A stretch of DNA of 64,000 bases, taken from an uncultured Candidatus Rokubacteria bacterium (GTDB lineage: Bacteria; Methylomirabilota; Methylomirabilia; Rokubacteriales; DASRDR01). The notes beneath the pieces are model-generated. The model worked only from the letters and a program-made list of their open reading frames with translations, did not search any database and was not told where the DNA came from. The translations under genes were made by a program, and so were the position numbers. The number at the start of each line of letters is the position of its first letter. Positions within the stretch are counted from its first letter, which is position 1. The stretch is from the NCBI GenBank assembly GCA_963826115.1, contig CAWGVS010000006.1, positions 896,001-960,000 on the forward strand. Direction: 5' to 3'. Positions 40,480 through 50,032 of the stretch are shown piece by piece.

Positions 40480-41730
40480 GTGCGAACCAACGATGACAAC
40501 CCGAGGACGACCTCCGAGTTCCCGGCGTCCTCCGTCCGGCTCGCGGTGACGCCACCGAAGCAGGTTCTCATCGTGGCGCCGGACGTGCCGTACCCCGACG
40601 ACTACGGGGGTGCCCGGGACATGTGGCATCGGATCCGGCTGCTGGCGGGCCGCGGCCACACCGTGTCCCTGATCGCGACGTACCGGCACGAGGAGCGGCG
40701 CGCCGCCTTCGAGTCGGCCCCGGAGTCGGCCACGTTCCGGCGGCGCGCGCTCTTCCCCATGCGGCTCTGGCGCGGGGTGGTGACGCCGCTCCCGTACGCG
40801 GTGGGCTCGCGGATGCTCGCGCGGCCCGCCGTCGCGGCCGCCGGGTTCGAGGGGACGACCTTCGACGTGGTCGAGATCGAGGGCCTCCAGGCGGTCGGTA
40901 CCTTTCTCCAGATCCGGCGTGGCCTCTCCTACCGCCGGGCGCTGGTGCGGCTGTTCAACCGGGAGAGCGCCTACCAGCGGAATCAGGCCCGGAGCGAGCC
41001 GCGCGTCCTGAGGCGCGCCCTGCTCGCCGCCGACGCGGGCCGGTTCTTCCTGTTCGAGCGGTTCGGCCGGTGGAAGCGCGCCGTCGACGCCGGCCTCTTC
41101 ATCTCACGCGACGAGCTGGACCATCCCAACTTCGCCGGCATCGCGCGGCGCGTCCTGGTGGCTCCGCTCGTTCCGGTCGACGGCTCCCCGGCGCTCCCCG
41201 ACGACTTCGCCCGGCGGGACGACCTGCTCCTCTACGTCGGGAACTTGAGGCTGCCCGACAACCGCGCGGCGGTGCTCGCCGCTCACCGCGAGCTGGGGGA
41301 CCTCCTCCGGCGGCACGACTGGCAGCTGGCCGTGTGCGGACGGTCCGACGACCCCGGCGCCCTGGCCGAGCTGAGGGACGATCCCCGGGTTCGCCTCGCG
41401 TTCAACGTGACCGCGGACGAGCTCGAGCGGCTTTACGCGCGCGCCAAGGTCTTCGTCGGCTTCTCGGAGAACCGCGCGGGCGCGAAGCTCAAGCTCCTGG
41501 AGCCGCTCCAGCGCGGGATCCCGGTCGTGGCCACGGAGGACGCGGTGGCAGGGAGCGACCTGGGACCGGCGGTCGTCCTGTGGAGGGACGGGGGTGGCGA
41601 GGCCCGTCGGACGCTCGTGGAGCTGATGACGGTCGCGGAGCGCTGGCAGGCGTTCCGCGTTGCCGCGTACCGACTCTGGCGCGAGGCCAACGCGCGCGCG
41701 ACTGCGGCGTACCTCCAGGCCTTCGAGTAG
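40480..41730 (+). CDS. glycosyltransferase (GT4-like); start may be GTG 40546
   Basis: PYPDDYGG N-terminal motif, AGAKLKLLEPLQRGIPVVAT donor-binding motif. Confidence 0.7.
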   Translation: MRTNDDNPRTTSEFPASSVRLAVTPPKQVLIVAPDVPYPDDYGGARDMWHRIRLLAGRGHTVSLIATYRHEERRAAFESAPESATFRRRALFPMRLWRGVVTPLPYAVGSRMLARPAVAAAGFEGTTFDVVEIEGLQAVGTFLQIRRGLSYRRALVRLFNRESAYQRNQARSEPRVLRRALLAADAGRFFLFERFGRWKRAVDAGLFISRDELDHPNFAGIARRVLVAPLVPVDGSPALPDDFARRDDLLLYVGNLRLPDNRAAVLAAHRELGDLLRRHDWQLAVCGRSDDPGALAELRDDPRVRLAFNVTADELERLYARAKVFVGFSENRAGAKLKLLEPLQRGIPVVATEDAVAGSDLGPAVVLWRDGGGEARRTLVELMTVAERWQAFRVAAYRLWREANARATAAYLQAFE

Positions 41731-41795
41731 GTCGCTCCGGCGGGCCGTCCATTGATCGACGGTGACGGGCCGGGGAGCCGGCGGTCGCCGACCGG

Positions 41796-42941
41796 CTACG
41801 ACCAGAACTCGCGCGTGGCGATGCGGGCGCCCTCGGCGAGGCTCTGGAGCTTGGCCCAGACGACGCCGGGATCCACCGCGGCCTGCCCGACCCAGGTCCC
41901 GTAGCCGCAGTCGCTGCCGGCGATCACGTTCTCGCGACCGACCAGCTTCGCGTAGCGGCCGATCCGCTGGGCCACCAGCTCCGGGTGCTCGATGTAGTTC
42001 GTCTTGGACTCGAGCACGCCGGGGATGAGGATCTTGCCCTCCGGGAGGCGCACCCGCTCGAACAGGCGCCACTCGTGGGCGTGGCGCGGGTTGGCGGCCT
42101 CGAAGGACACGCCGGCGGGCCGCGCGGCGAACACGATGTCGACGATGTGCTCGAAGGGCACGTCGTAGTGGTGGGGTCCCTCGTAGTTTCCCCAGCAGAC
42201 GTGCATGCGCACGCGGTCGGGCGGCACGCCCGCCAGCGCGTGGTTGAGCGCCTCGACGTGCAGGCGCGCCATCCGGCGGAACTCCTCGAGCTCGAGCCCG
42301 GCGAACTGGATGTGCCGGCCCATGGCGAGGTCCGGACAATCGACCTGGAGGACCAGCCCCGCGCGCACCACGGCCTCGTACTCGTGCCGCATGGCGTCCG
42401 CGATCGCGAAGAGGTAGGCCTCGTGGCTCGGGTAGTGGTCGTTGCGGAAGAAGAGCGAGATCACCCCCGGCGAGGCCGCGGTCAGGAACCCCTCGGTCGC
42501 CTGGACGGCGCCGAGCGCCGCCTTCAGGTTCCCGGCGTCCGTCCGGGCCGCCTCGGCGTCCCGCACCGCGATCGGCCCGTTGCAGGCCGGCGTCTTCCGG
42601 CGGGACCGTCCGGGGTCGCCGAAGACCCGGCGGGCCAGCTCGGGGAAGTCCACCAGGTCGCGGTACTGGAGGGGCTGGCTCGTGCCGCCGAATCCGGTGA
42701 GCCGGTCCTTGACGTAGGTCGCGTAGCTGGGCTTGCTCATCTCGCCGTCGTCGATCACGTCGACGCCGGCGTCCGCCTGCTTCCGGACGACCTCGGCCAC
42801 CGCGGCGCGGGTGCGGGCCGCGAGCGCGACGGCGTCCACGGGCACGCCTTCCTCCCGGGCGAACATCGCCCGCACGAGGTCCTCTGGCCGCGGGAGGCTG
42901 CCGGTGTGCGTCGTGAGGAAGCGGTCCTGGCTCTGTCGCAT
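41796..42941 (-). CDS. cobalamin-independent methionine synthase II-like / epoxyalkane:CoM transferase-like zinc protein
   Basis: THTGSLPRP, DGEMSK, HVCWGNYEGPH, EAANPRH, AGSDCG. Confidence 0.85.
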   Translation of the reverse strand: MRQSQDRFLTTHTGSLPRPEDLVRAMFAREEGVPVDAVALAARTRAAVAEVVRKQADAGVDVIDDGEMSKPSYATYVKDRLTGFGGTSQPLQYRDLVDFPELARRVFGDPGRSRRKTPACNGPIAVRDAEAARTDAGNLKAALGAVQATEGFLTAASPGVISLFFRNDHYPSHEAYLFAIADAMRHEYEAVVRAGLVLQVDCPDLAMGRHIQFAGLELEEFRRMARLHVEALNHALAGVPPDRVRMHVCWGNYEGPHHYDVPFEHIVDIVFAARPAGVSFEAANPRHAHEWRLFERVRLPEGKILIPGVLESKTNYIEHPELVAQRIGRYAKLVGRENVIAGSDCGYGTWVGQAAVDPGVVWAKLQSLAEGARIATREFWS

Positions 42942-43098
42942 CGGGTCGCGTCTCGGACGGCCCGTAGGCTACCATGATCGGGGCCCGGGCTCGGACCGGG
43001 CCTTTTCCGCCGCGGCCCCGCTGGTATAGAGTCGGGACCGCACGGGCCGATCGGGCCCGGCGCACGCTTCGCCGCCACAAATCGAGAGGAGGTCCGCC

Positions 43099-44307
43099 AT
43101 GACACGCTCGCCCCGCGTGCTGGGCACGCTGGCCCTCGTCGTGCTGCTCGCCCTCGCCGGGCCCGGGGCGGGATTCGCCGCTCCGAGCGGGCCGCCGGTC
43201 CGCATCGGCAGCACGCTGGCCCTGACCGGGCCCCTGGCCGCGACCGCCCTCGTGCACAAGATCACGGGCGAGATCTACGTCGAGGAGCTGAACAAGCGGA
43301 ACGGGCTGCTCGGCCGCCCGGTCGAGTGGGTGCTGCTGGACGACCAGTCCAAGCCCGACCTCGCCCGCACGCTCTACGAGCGCCTCGTCACCGTGGACAA
43401 GGTCGATCTCCTGCTCGGCCCCTACGCGACCGGGTCGATCCTGTCCGCCATGGCCGTCGCGCAGCGCTACGACAAGCTCCTCGTCCACCACACCTTCGGG
43501 ATGCCGCATCTCGCGAAGTACGAGCGGCAGTTCCCGACGTGGGCGATGGGTCCCGAGCCTGGCCGCACGCTCCCGAACCTCCTCTTCGACGCCCTCGCCG
43601 CCGCGCCCAAGCCGCCCCAGTCGATCGCCATCGTGACCGACAAGTTCCCGTCGGTGCACTTCATGTCGACGGGCGCCCGGGAGGTCGCGCAGAAGCGCGG
43701 GCTCCGCGAGGCGCTCTACCTCGAGTTCGAGTTCGGCACGCGGGACTTCGGGCCGATCGCGGCGCGCATCAAGGACGCCAACGCCGATCTCCTGTGGGTC
43801 GGCGCGATCGGGCTCGACGGGAACCAGATCCTGGACGCGCTCAAGAAGATCGACTACGCGCCGAAGCATCACTTCTACCTCTATCCGGCGCCCGGTCCGC
43901 TCGCCAAGGCGCCCGAGGGGAAGGGCGCGCTCTCGACGACGATCTTCGAGGAGCATCCGCCGTTCACGAGCTACCCCGGGGCGGCGGAATTCGTGCGGCT
44001 CTTCCGGGACCGCGCGACCAAGGCTGGCCTCCCCTACACGGCCGTGGACGTGCAGGCGGCCGCCTCGTATACCGCCTGGCAGCTCCTCGAGGCCGCGACG
44101 ACGGCGACGAAGAGCCTGGACGACAAGGTGCTGGCCCAGTGGCTCAAGAGCAATCGAGTCGACACCATCATCGGCAAGGTCCGTTTCGACGGGCCCAGCA
44201 ACTACGGGGACGACCTGTCGAAGATCAAGCAGGTGCAGGACGGGAAGTGGGTCGTGGTGTGGCCGAAGGAGTTCGCGCCGCCGGGAGTCCAGCTGCTCGC
44301 CCCGTGA
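43099..44307 (+). CDS. branched-chain amino acid-type ABC substrate-binding protein
   Basis: AGGAGG RBS, signal peptide, LTGPLA, GLLGRPVE..LLDDQSKP, LLGPY. Confidence 0.88.
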   Translation: MTRSPRVLGTLALVVLLALAGPGAGFAAPSGPPVRIGSTLALTGPLAATALVHKITGEIYVEELNKRNGLLGRPVEWVLLDDQSKPDLARTLYERLVTVDKVDLLLGPYATGSILSAMAVAQRYDKLLVHHTFGMPHLAKYERQFPTWAMGPEPGRTLPNLLFDALAAAPKPPQSIAIVTDKFPSVHFMSTGAREVAQKRGLREALYLEFEFGTRDFGPIAARIKDANADLLWVGAIGLDGNQILDALKKIDYAPKHHFYLYPAPGPLAKAPEGKGALSTTIFEEHPPFTSYPGAAEFVRLFRDRATKAGLPYTAVDVQAAASYTAWQLLEAATTATKSLDDKVLAQWLKSNRVDTIIGKVRFDGPSNYGDDLSKIKQVQDGKWVVVWPKEFAPPGVQLLAP

Positions 44308-44469
44308 CGGCGGGGCTGGGCCCGGTCGCGCTTCCGCATCCCCGGCCCGCACCGGCGCTCGGCGCGCGCGACGGGCGCGCCGCGCCGGCGCGGGGCTCCG
44401 TCCTCGAGCGGCCCGGGCCACGGCCCGATCGCGTGGCCGGGTAGCCCGGGCGCCTGACGGGCGACCGTC

Positions 44470-45321
44470 GTGCCGAGCGCCACGCTCCTCGCGCAGTCGA
44501 TCCTGTCCGGGATCTTCGTCGGCGGACTGTACGGGCTCCTCGGGCTCGGCCTGAGCCTCTCCTGGGGGCTGCTCCGCCTCATCAACCTCGCCCACTTCGC
44601 GCTGGCGTTCCTCGGCGCCTACCTGACCTTCACGCTCGCCTCGGTCTTCGGTCTCGACCCCCTCTGGAGCCTCGCGCTCGTGCCGCCCGTGTTCTTCGCG
44701 ATCGGCGTCCTGAGCCAGGCGGTCTTCGCCCGGTTCGGCGTCACGCAGTTCGGCTCGCTGCTCGTCACGTTCGGCCTGACCGTGATGGTGGAGAGCCTGA
44801 TCCAGTGGATCTGGACCGCCGACTACCGCCGCCTCGAGTGGGCCTGGGGCGCGACCTCGTGGCGCGCGGGCCCGCTCTTCGTGCCGAAGCCGGAGCTCCT
44901 GGCGCTCGCGACGGCCGCGACGCTCGCCGGCCTCGTGTGGGCGTGGCTCCGTTTCACCTGGGTGGGCAAGGGGCTCCGCGCGTGCGCGGAGGACCCGCAG
45001 ATTGCCGCCGCCTTCGGCGTGAACCACCGGCGTCTCGCCCTCCTGCTGTCGGGGCTCTGCGCCGCCCTCGCCGGCGTCGCCGGCACCTTCGTCGCGCTGG
45101 TCTATACCCTGGCGCCGTCCCAGATCTACGCGTGGATCGGGGTGGTCTTCGCGGCGGTGATCCTCGGGGGCCTCGGCAATCCGCTGGGCCCTCTCCTGGC
45201 GGGACTGGTCATCGGCGTGACGGAGGCGCTCACCATGGCGCTGACCGCCCCCGCGTGGGCGCCGCTCGTGTCGTTCTCGCTGCTCGTCCTCCTGCTCCTG
45301 CTGCGCCCGGACCGAGTGTAG
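44470..45321 (+). CDS. LivH-like ABC permease
   Basis: GLYGLLGLGLSL, INLAH, ILGGLGN. Confidence 0.88.
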   Translation: MPSATLLAQSILSGIFVGGLYGLLGLGLSLSWGLLRLINLAHFALAFLGAYLTFTLASVFGLDPLWSLALVPPVFFAIGVLSQAVFARFGVTQFGSLLVTFGLTVMVESLIQWIWTADYRRLEWAWGATSWRAGPLFVPKPELLALATAATLAGLVWAWLRFTWVGKGLRACAEDPQIAAAFGVNHRRLALLLSGLCAALAGVAGTFVALVYTLAPSQIYAWIGVVFAAVILGGLGNPLGPLLAGLVIGVTEALTMALTAPAWAPLVSFSLLVLLLLLRPDRV

Positions 45322-47070
45322 ATGCGGCGCCCGGGCGCGCCGCTCGCCGTCGCCCTGATCGGCGTCGGGCTCGCCGTGCTGCCCGCGGCGCGGCTGCCCG
45401 CGTTCTACGAGTCCTTCCTCTACCTGGTCTTCCACTGGATCGCGCTGGCGACCAGCTGGACGATCCTGAGCGGCTTCTCGGGCTACTTCAGCTTCGGTCA
45501 CGGGGCGTTCTTCGGGGCCGGCATCTACGCGGCGGCCGTCCTCCTGACGGCGGGCCTGCCGTTCTTCCCGGCCTTGCCGCTGGCCGGGCTCGCGGCGGCG
45601 CTCCTCGGGGTCGGGGTCGGCGCGATCGTGTTCCGGGTGCGGCGGCTCCGCGGCGAGCTGTTCGCCCTCCTCACGCTCGCCGTCACGTTCGTGCTGGCGA
45701 CGATCGTGCTCAACACGCCCATCGACGGCGGGCCCGGCGTCTACCTGAATGCGGTGCCGCTGCCGCGGGTCGGCGGCTCCCCCACGACGACGCTCTACCT
45801 CCTCGGCCTCGGGGTCGCCGCGGCGAGCGTCGCCACGGCGTGGGTCGTCCACCGCGCTCGGTGGGGCGCGGGGCTCTTCGCGATCCACGACGACGAGGAC
45901 GTGGCGGAGGTGCTCGGCGTCCCGACCTACCGGTACAAGCTCCTGGCGCTGGGGCTGTCCTCGGGGCTGGCCGGCGTCGCGGGCGGGATCCACGCGATGT
46001 TCGTCACCTACGTCACGGTGGCCGAGACCTTCTCGATCGTGGTGCCCCTCTTCGTCGTCCTCATGAGCGTGGCGGGCGGGGCCCGGCACTGGCTGGGCCC
46101 GGCGATCGGCGCCACGCTGATCACCGCGCTGATGTACGGCGTCACCGGCGGGCAGACCGCGGTGGCGGGGCGGGCGCTGGTCGGGCTCACGCTGATGCTG
46201 GTGATCCTCTTCCTCCCCGAGGGCCTCATGGGCATCGGGACGCGCCGGCGCGCGGTCCGGCCGTCGCGGGTGGCGCCGCCGTCCCCGTCGGCCCCGGCGC
46301 CGCCCGAGCGCCCCGAGGTCCCGTCGATGCCCGGCGCGTCGCGCGCGCCGCTCCTCGTCTGTGACGGCGTCCAGAAGGGATTCCGGGGCGTCCAGGCGCT
46401 CGGCGGGGTGAGCTTCGAGGTGCGCGACGGGGAGATCCTCGGGCTCGTGGGGCCGAACGGGTCGGGGAAGTCGACGCTCATCAACGTGATCAGCGGCCAC
46501 CACCGCGCGGACGCGGGCCGGATCCGGGTCGGCGGCGTGGACATCGCCGGCCGCCCCGGCCACACGATCGCCGGGCTCGGCGTGTCGCGCACCTACCAGA
46601 TCCCGCGCCCCTTCGGTCACCTGACGGTGCGGGAGAACGTCGCCGTCGCCCTCATGTTCGGCCGGCTCGGCCGGGACCGGCGCGCCGCGGAGCGCGAGGC
46701 GGAGCGCTGGCTGGAGTTCACCGGCCTTGCCGACCGCGCGGACGCGCTGCCCGCGACGCTGAACCTCCACCAGCGGAAGTTCCTCGAGCTCGCGCGGGCG
46801 CTCGCCTCCGGGCCGCGGCTCGTGATGCTCGACGAGGTGCTCTCGGGCCTCACGCCCACGGAGATGACCAGCGCCACCCGGCTCATCCGGGAGATTCGCG
46901 ACGGCGGGGCGACCGTGGTGTTCGTGGAGCACATCATGCGGGCCGTCATGGCGGTGGCCGATCGGATCGTCGTCCTGGACGCGGGCCGCCTGATCGCGAG
47001 CGGCGCGCCCCAGGAGGTCATGCGGGACCCGGCGGTCGTGGAGCGCTACTTGGGGAAGGCTCATGCTTGA
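45322..47070 (+). CDS. LivM-LivG permease-ATPase fusion
   Basis: SFGHGAFFG permease half, Pro-rich linker, GPNGSGKST and MLDE ATPase half. Confidence 0.88.
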   Translation: MRRPGAPLAVALIGVGLAVLPAARLPAFYESFLYLVFHWIALATSWTILSGFSGYFSFGHGAFFGAGIYAAAVLLTAGLPFFPALPLAGLAAALLGVGVGAIVFRVRRLRGELFALLTLAVTFVLATIVLNTPIDGGPGVYLNAVPLPRVGGSPTTTLYLLGLGVAAASVATAWVVHRARWGAGLFAIHDDEDVAEVLGVPTYRYKLLALGLSSGLAGVAGGIHAMFVTYVTVAETFSIVVPLFVVLMSVAGGARHWLGPAIGATLITALMYGVTGGQTAVAGRALVGLTLMLVILFLPEGLMGIGTRRRAVRPSRVAPPSPSAPAPPERPEVPSMPGASRAPLLVCDGVQKGFRGVQALGGVSFEVRDGEILGLVGPNGSGKSTLINVISGHHRADAGRIRVGGVDIAGRPGHTIAGLGVSRTYQIPRPFGHLTVRENVAVALMFGRLGRDRRAAEREAERWLEFTGLADRADALPATLNLHQRKFLELARALASGPRLVMLDEVLSGLTPTEMTSATRLIREIRDGGATVVFVEHIMRAVMAVADRIVVLDAGRLIASGAPQEVMRDPAVVERYLGKAHA

Positions 47071-47770
47071 GGCCGACGGCCTCCAGGTGGCCTATGGCGA
47101 CGCCGTCGCGCTATGGGACGTGTCGATGACGGTGGGCGAGGGCGAGCTGGTGGCCGTCGTCGGCCCGAACGGGAGCGGCAAGACGACCCTGATCAACACG
47201 ATCGCGGGCCTCTTGCCCGCTCGCGGCGGCCGGCTTCGCTTCGGCGGCGAGGACCTCACCCGTCTGGCGGCCCACGAGGTCTCGAGCCGCGGCATCGCGA
47301 TCGTGCCCGAGGGGCGGCGCCTGTTTCCCGGGATGACGGTGGAGGAGAACCTCGAGATCGGCGCCTACGCGCCGGCCGCACGGGCCGCTCGCGGCGCCCG
47401 GCTCGAGCGCGTCTACGCGATGTTCCCGATCCTGCGCGCGCGCCGCCGGCAGGCCGCGGGGACGCTCTCGGGGGGCGAGCAGCAGATGGTCGCGATCGGG
47501 CGCGCCCTGATGGCCGGCCCGCGCCTCCTGCTCCTCGACGAGCCGTCGCTGGGGCTCGCGCCGGCGGTCGTGGACCACGTCTTCGAGACGGTGGAGACGC
47601 TCCACCGGTCGGGCACCAGCGTGCTCCTCGTGGAGCAGAACGTCGCGAGGGCGCTGGCGGTCGCCGGCCGCGCCTACGTGCTGGTGGAGGGACGCACGGT
47701 CTCGGCCGGCACGCCGGAGGCGCTCCTCCGGGAGCCCCACCTCCGGAGCGCGTACCTCGGCGATTCCTGA
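47063..47770 (+). CDS. LivF-like ABC ATPase
   Basis: GPNGSGKTT, VPEGRRLF, LSGGEQQM, LLDEPSLGL. Confidence 0.92.
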   Translation: MLEADGLQVAYGDAVALWDVSMTVGEGELVAVVGPNGSGKTTLINTIAGLLPARGGRLRFGGEDLTRLAAHEVSSRGIAIVPEGRRLFPGMTVEENLEIGAYAPAARAARGARLERVYAMFPILRARRRQAAGTLSGGEQQMVAIGRALMAGPRLLLLDEPSLGLAPAVVDHVFETVETLHRSGTSVLLVEQNVARALAVAGRAYVLVEGRTVSAGTPEALLREPHLRSAYLGDS

Positions 47771-47821
47771 GCGACCGCGCCACCGGGCGGGCCGCGGATT
47801 TCTGCTATCCTCGACTCCACC

Positions 47822-48889
47822 ATGACGGCTCCGACGCCGATCGGCGGCGCCTCGGCCTGGCGCGGCGACGAGATGGCCCGCTCGTCCCGCTGGATCCGGA
47901 GGCTCGACGCGCGCGCGATCGCCGAGATCGACGGCGCGCTCGCCACGGCCCGCGCCGCCGGGCTCGCCTGGCACGAGACGACGCGCGAGCGCTTCCCGCT
48001 GCCGGGGCTCGCCTCGACGCTCGCCGACGTGGCGCGGGAGCTGGAGGACGGCGGCGGCCTGGTCGTCCTCCGCGGCCTCCCTGTCGAGCGCTACGACCCC
48101 GACGAGCTGCGCCAGCTCTGGTTCGGGATCGGGAGCCATCTCGGCCGGCCCGTGTTCCAGAACCGCTCCGGGGAGCTGATGCGCGAGATCCGTGACGAGG
48201 GCCGGGCCGTCGGAGAGCGATACGGTCAGATTCCCGCCGGGGGCGGCGGCACCGGCGCCGTGCTGTCCTCGTACGCCCGCACGCTCTCGAACGGTCCGCT
48301 GCGCTACCACACGGACCGCTGCGACGTGGTCGGGCTCCTGTGCGCGCGCCAGGCGCTCGCGGGCGGGGTGAGCAAGCTGGCGAGCTCGGTCGCGGTCCAC
48401 GACGAGATGGTCCGGCGCCGGCCGGAGCTCGCGGCGGCGCTCTACCAGGACGTGTACCGGAGCCGCTTCGGCGAGGAGGCGACCCGCCACGAGGCCGTGT
48501 ACCCGCTGCCGATCTTCGGCGTGCGGGACGGGAAGTTCACCAGCCACTACTCGCTGACCTTCATCGAGGTCGCCCAGATGGTGCCGGGCGTGCCGCCGCT
48601 GACCGCGGCCCAGCGGGACGCGATCGACCTCCTGATGGCGCTGGCCGACGAGCTCTCGTTCTCGATGCGCTTCGAGCCGGGCGACATGCAGCTCGTCAAC
48701 AACCACGTGATCTATCACGCGCGGACCGCCTTCGAGGACGACGCCGACAGCGGGCACGTGCGCCTCCTCTACCGGCTCTGGCTCTCGATGCCGAACAGCC
48801 GGGCGCTGCCGGCGGGGCACGAGGTCCTGTGGGGCTCGATCGCGGCCGGGGCCACCCGGGGCGGGATCGCCCAGGTGTCGGCCGCGTGA
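47822..48889 (+). CDS. TauD/TfdA family Fe(II)/2-oxoglutarate dioxygenase
   Basis: YHTD...NNHVIYHAR facial triad, RLLYRLWL. Confidence 0.85.
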   Translation: MTAPTPIGGASAWRGDEMARSSRWIRRLDARAIAEIDGALATARAAGLAWHETTRERFPLPGLASTLADVARELEDGGGLVVLRGLPVERYDPDELRQLWFGIGSHLGRPVFQNRSGELMREIRDEGRAVGERYGQIPAGGGGTGAVLSSYARTLSNGPLRYHTDRCDVVGLLCARQALAGGVSKLASSVAVHDEMVRRRPELAAALYQDVYRSRFGEEATRHEAVYPLPIFGVRDGKFTSHYSLTFIEVAQMVPGVPPLTAAQRDAIDLLMALADELSFSMRFEPGDMQLVNNHVIYHARTAFEDDADSGHVRLLYRLWLSMPNSRALPAGHEVLWGSIAAGATRGGIAQVSAA

Positions 48890-48933
48890 GCCGGGCCGCC
48901 GGCCGCGACCGCGTGGTCTGAACTGGAGGCTCG

Positions 48934-49767
48934 ATGGCCGAGATCGTCGCCGCCGCGCTGACGTCCCACGCGCCCCTCATCACGGGGAAGCCCGAGGTCG
49001 AGAGGCCCGACCTGCGGGATGGCTTCTACGCAGGCTACCGGGAGATCCGCCGGCGACTGGTCGCCGCCCGTCCGGACCTGATCGTGATGTTCGTGAACGA
49101 CCACCTCCAGAACTTCCCGTACAGCAACATGCCCGCCTTCTGCGTGGGATTGGCGTCGGCCTACGACGCGCCGAGCCCCGGCGGCTCCCGCCTGATGCGG
49201 CTCGAGGCCCGGAAGGTGCCCGGCGCCCCGGACTGGAGCATGGCGCTCCTCGAGAGCGGACTCGCCGCCGGCTTCGACCTGGCGTACTCCTACGAGATCG
49301 AGAGCTGGGACGAGATCTCGGTCCCGCTCCATTTCCTCCTGCCGGACGCCGACGTCCCGATTGCCCCCATCTACACGAACTGCGGGGCGCCGCCGCTCCC
49401 GTCGCCGCGCCGTTGCCACGAGCTCGGCGGGTTCGTCGGCGCCTTCATCCGGTCCCGGCCGGCGACGGAGCGCGTCGCGGTGCTCGCCACCGGCGGCCTG
49501 TCGCACTGGGTGGGCACGCCGGAGAACGGGCGGATCAACCCGGAGTGGGATCACTGGGTGCTGGACCACGTGGCGCGCGCCGACGCCGAGACGCTCGCCC
49601 GCCTGACCCACGCGGAGATCGAGCGCGACGGGGGGAACGGGGGGCAGGAGATCCGGAACTGGATCGCGCTCCTCGGCGCCGTGCCGGGCTGGAAGGGCGA
49701 GCTCCTCGCCTATGCGCCGGTGGCGGAGTGGATCACCGGCTGCGCGGCCGTGTGGATGCACCGATGA
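48934..49767 (+). CDS. LigB-type (class III) extradiol dioxygenase catalytic subunit
   Basis: SHAP, NDH, GGLSH, INPEWD, GGQEIRNW. Confidence 0.85.
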   Translation: MAEIVAAALTSHAPLITGKPEVERPDLRDGFYAGYREIRRRLVAARPDLIVMFVNDHLQNFPYSNMPAFCVGLASAYDAPSPGGSRLMRLEARKVPGAPDWSMALLESGLAAGFDLAYSYEIESWDEISVPLHFLLPDADVPIAPIYTNCGAPPLPSPRRCHELGGFVGAFIRSRPATERVAVLATGGLSHWVGTPENGRINPEWDHWVLDHVARADAETLARLTHAEIERDGGNGGQEIRNWIALLGAVPGWKGELLAYAPVAEWITGCAAVWMHR

Positions 49768-49982
49768 CCGCGAAGACGTCGTACGCCCTCAACAAGCTCC
49801 TGACCGCCCTGGCGAAGGAGCACGCGACCCGTGAGCGCATCACGGACGAGGATCTCTCCGGCCATGCCCTGAACGCCGACGAGCGCGCGGCCCTCCAGTC
49901 GGGAGACATCACGCGCCTGTACCACCTCGGCGCCAACCCATACCTCATCCGCCGGGTGTTCCGCCCCCGCTTCAAGGTCTGA
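49764..49982 (+). CDS. LigA-like small subunit of ring-cleavage dioxygenase
   Basis: SYALNKLL, LNADERAAL..GDI..LYHLGANPYL; ATGA overlap with the ligB-like gene. Confidence 0.7.
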   Translation: MTAKTSYALNKLLTALAKEHATRERITDEDLSGHALNADERAALQSGDITRLYHLGANPYLIRRVFRPRFKV

Positions 49983-50032
49983 CGCGGGGACGGCGTGTGG
50001 GGAGCGCTCACCCCGGGCTCGGGTCCACGCGG

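Noticed and set aside
41104-47064. 1986-aa minus-strand ORF, and similar very long ORFs such as 13182-15461, 17170-19812 and 51393-54353
   Set aside because: Antisense shadows of well-supported plus-strand genes; stop-poor frames are expected at this GC content and the translations lack recognisable motifs.
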